DNA of 64,000 nucleotides from a virus: IMG/VR virus record IMGVR_UViG_3300032164_000010, positions 2,861 to 66,860 of that record; one strand, 5' to 3'. Shown piece by piece: positions 62,510 to 64,000 of this stretch (position 1 is its first letter; each line of letters starts with the position of its first letter). The notes under the pieces were generated by a model. It saw only the letters and a program-made list of their open reading frames with translations, ran no database searches and was not told where the DNA came from. The position numbers and the translations under genes were made by a program.

Positions 62510-63988
62510 CTAAACGAGTGCCATTTGCCGCCGCGGTGGTTTCTGCTGTGGCAGCGGCGACTGTAGCGGATTCAGGTTGTCGGTCTGAGATCCCTGCTCC
62601 TTGGTGAGGAGCTGGTTGACGAGCGTGTAGAGCTGTGGGTTCATGCCCTTCATCTTCATGAGCTCGACATAGCGACTGGCATCATCGAGCTTCTGAAGGT
62701 AGGTGGCCGCACGACGAGCGAGAGCCAAGACGCTCATGCCACCTTGCTGTTGGGCCATGTTGAGTGGTGACTGCATCTCTTGCGGGATGCCTTGCTGTGG
62801 AGTCTGCTGAGCGTTCTCTGGGTAGACGGTTGCGCCATCGGGCATCCCGGGTGCAGCTTCCTCCCCCTGCATGGGCTGCTGGGTACCAGGAGCACCACCC
62901 CCAGCCTCCGGCATCCCACCATCAGGAGGAGCCCCTCCTGCGGCCGCACCCCCAGCATCGCCGGGCTGCTGCGGCTGGACGCCGGCGTTCATCATCATCT
63001 TCTGCGCCTGGATCTGGTACTTGGTCTGGAGGACCTGTACCTCACCCTGTAGAGCCGCCTGAGCAAGCTGCGTCCTACGCTGTCCCTCGAGCTGCTTGTT
63101 GAGCTCGGAGAACTTGTACTTCTCCTCCTGAACGATGTCGAGGTCGACCTCATCGAGAAGAGTCGTGTCCGACATCTTCATCGCCTGATTCATCTGGAAC
63201 AAGAGGGCGACTCTCTGGAGATCGTCCGCCATCTTGAACCGCTTGAAGTGGCACTTCGGCTTCTTCCACTCCATGAAGGCAGCGATGCGCCCGAGGATGA
63301 AGTCCCTGACAAGAATGAGGAGCTCGGTGCGGTAGTTGAGGAACTGATTCTCCAGCATCCTCATGGACACGTTGGAGCCGGAGTACTGGAGTCCGCCGAA
63401 CACGAACTCGATGGGCACGTGCATGCCGGCGACGATCTGCTCAGACCAGGCACGCATCTCCTGATGGAGCATGAGTGCCCGACCCTCTCCTCCCAACGTC
63501 TGGTTCCCGATGGGGAGTGGAAGGATGGGAATGTAGTTGGGGTCCATCCGCCACTTCTGGATCTCGGCCTCGATGCGCTTGCGCCAGAGACCCAGATCCG
63601 ACATGGCGTACGGGTTGATGCCCTCACGCCCCGCAGGGAAGAGGATGCGCAGAGGTACGATGTGCTGCTGTGCGATGGCCTCTTGAGCCTTACGCAAGAT
63701 CTGGAGGTAGTAGGTGTCCTTCAGGACCGGCAGGATGAGTGGGATACCCCATCCTTGATCCTTCTCGGCGATGGTCGGGCGCTTCAGATGGAACATCGAC
63801 TCGCTGGTGAAGCGCAGCGACTTCGACTCCCTGATGGCCTTGATGAAAACGTCAGGAACCGTCTCGATGATGTGCTTCTTCCCCATCAAGATGTCGTTGC
63901 GGAGCACCTGTGGGATCTCGAAGAAGTAGGCATCATCGCCCGTCGCCTCGTTGTGCTCGACGGTGATGTACTCCGGGTTCCAGCGCAT
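62510..63988 (-). CDS. portal protein (5' end lies beyond the window)
   Basis: GWGIPLILPVLKD...AQEAIA...PLRIL, IVAGMHVPIEFVFGG; Q/G/P-rich tail; frame open to the window edge. Confidence 0.7.
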   Translation of the reverse strand: MRWNPEYITVEHNEATGDDAYFFEIPQVLRNDILMGKKHIIETVPDVFIKAIRESKSLRFTSESMFHLKRPTIAEKDQGWGIPLILPVLKDTYYLQILRKAQEAIAQQHIVPLRILFPAGREGINPYAMSDLGLWRKRIEAEIQKWRMDPNYIPILPLPIGNQTLGGEGRALMLHQEMRAWSEQIVAGMHVPIEFVFGGLQYSGSNVSMRMLENQFLNYRTELLILVRDFILGRIAAFMEWKKPKCHFKRFKMADDLQRVALLFQMNQAMKMSDTTLLDEVDLDIVQEEKYKFSELNKQLEGQRRTQLAQAALQGEVQVLQTKYQIQAQKMMMNAGVQPQQPGDAGGAAAGGAPPDGGMPEAGGGAPGTQQPMQGEEAAPGMPDGATVYPENAQQTPQQGIPQEMQSPLNMAQQQGGMSVLALARRAATYLQKLDDASRYVELMKMKGMNPQLYTLVNQLLTKEQGSQTDNLNPLQSPLPQQKPPRRQMALV

Positions 63989-64000
63989 GAGCCGGATGCC

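Noticed and set aside
1-64000. Genome-wide TAG recoding
   Set aside because: Many well-defined genes (sheath, capsid, spike-region genes) end at TAG with the expected C-termini; only one internal TAG was seen
1-64000. CRISPR array, tRNA or rRNA genes
   Set aside because: No regularly spaced repeats or cloverleaf/T-loop signatures found by eye; a tRNAscan/CRISPR scan was not run

Overview
GC-rich, densely coded segment of a large tailed (myovirus-type) bacteriophage. The minus strand carries the virion module: portal (partial at the right edge), baseplate spike, terminase large subunit, prohead protease, major capsid protein, neck proteins, tail sheath and tail tube, plus many putative internal head proteins. 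It also carries a single 2627-aa ORF that fuses bacterial-type RNA polymerase beta and beta' and has an atypical intein directly after the catalytic NADFDGD motif. Short, mostly plus-strand units hold nucleotide/DNA-metabolism and host-takeover genes (MoxR/CobS-like AAA ATPase + VWA protein, sliding clamp, bL12-domain protein, RNase HII, dN kinase, 5'(3')-deoxyribonucleotidase, class II RNR). Main observations: (1) these non-structural units, and two apparently non-coding structured RNAs, begin with a G-N-(G/C/T)-ATAAG motif, and most end in a hairpin followed by a T-rich ...TTAG(C/G) motif, a candidate promoter/terminator code for the phage RNAP; (2) about 18 head-associated proteins are punctuated by K-x-A sites, several carry an (A/S/G)F-x-DEL-x-KIA signal, and these sites bound enzyme domains and glycine-zipper modules, suggesting a capsid-loading and polyprotein-processing system; (3) an HNH endonuclease inserted with a synonymously recoded duplicate of its target gene's C-terminus. 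All calls come from reading motifs by eye; no database searches were run.
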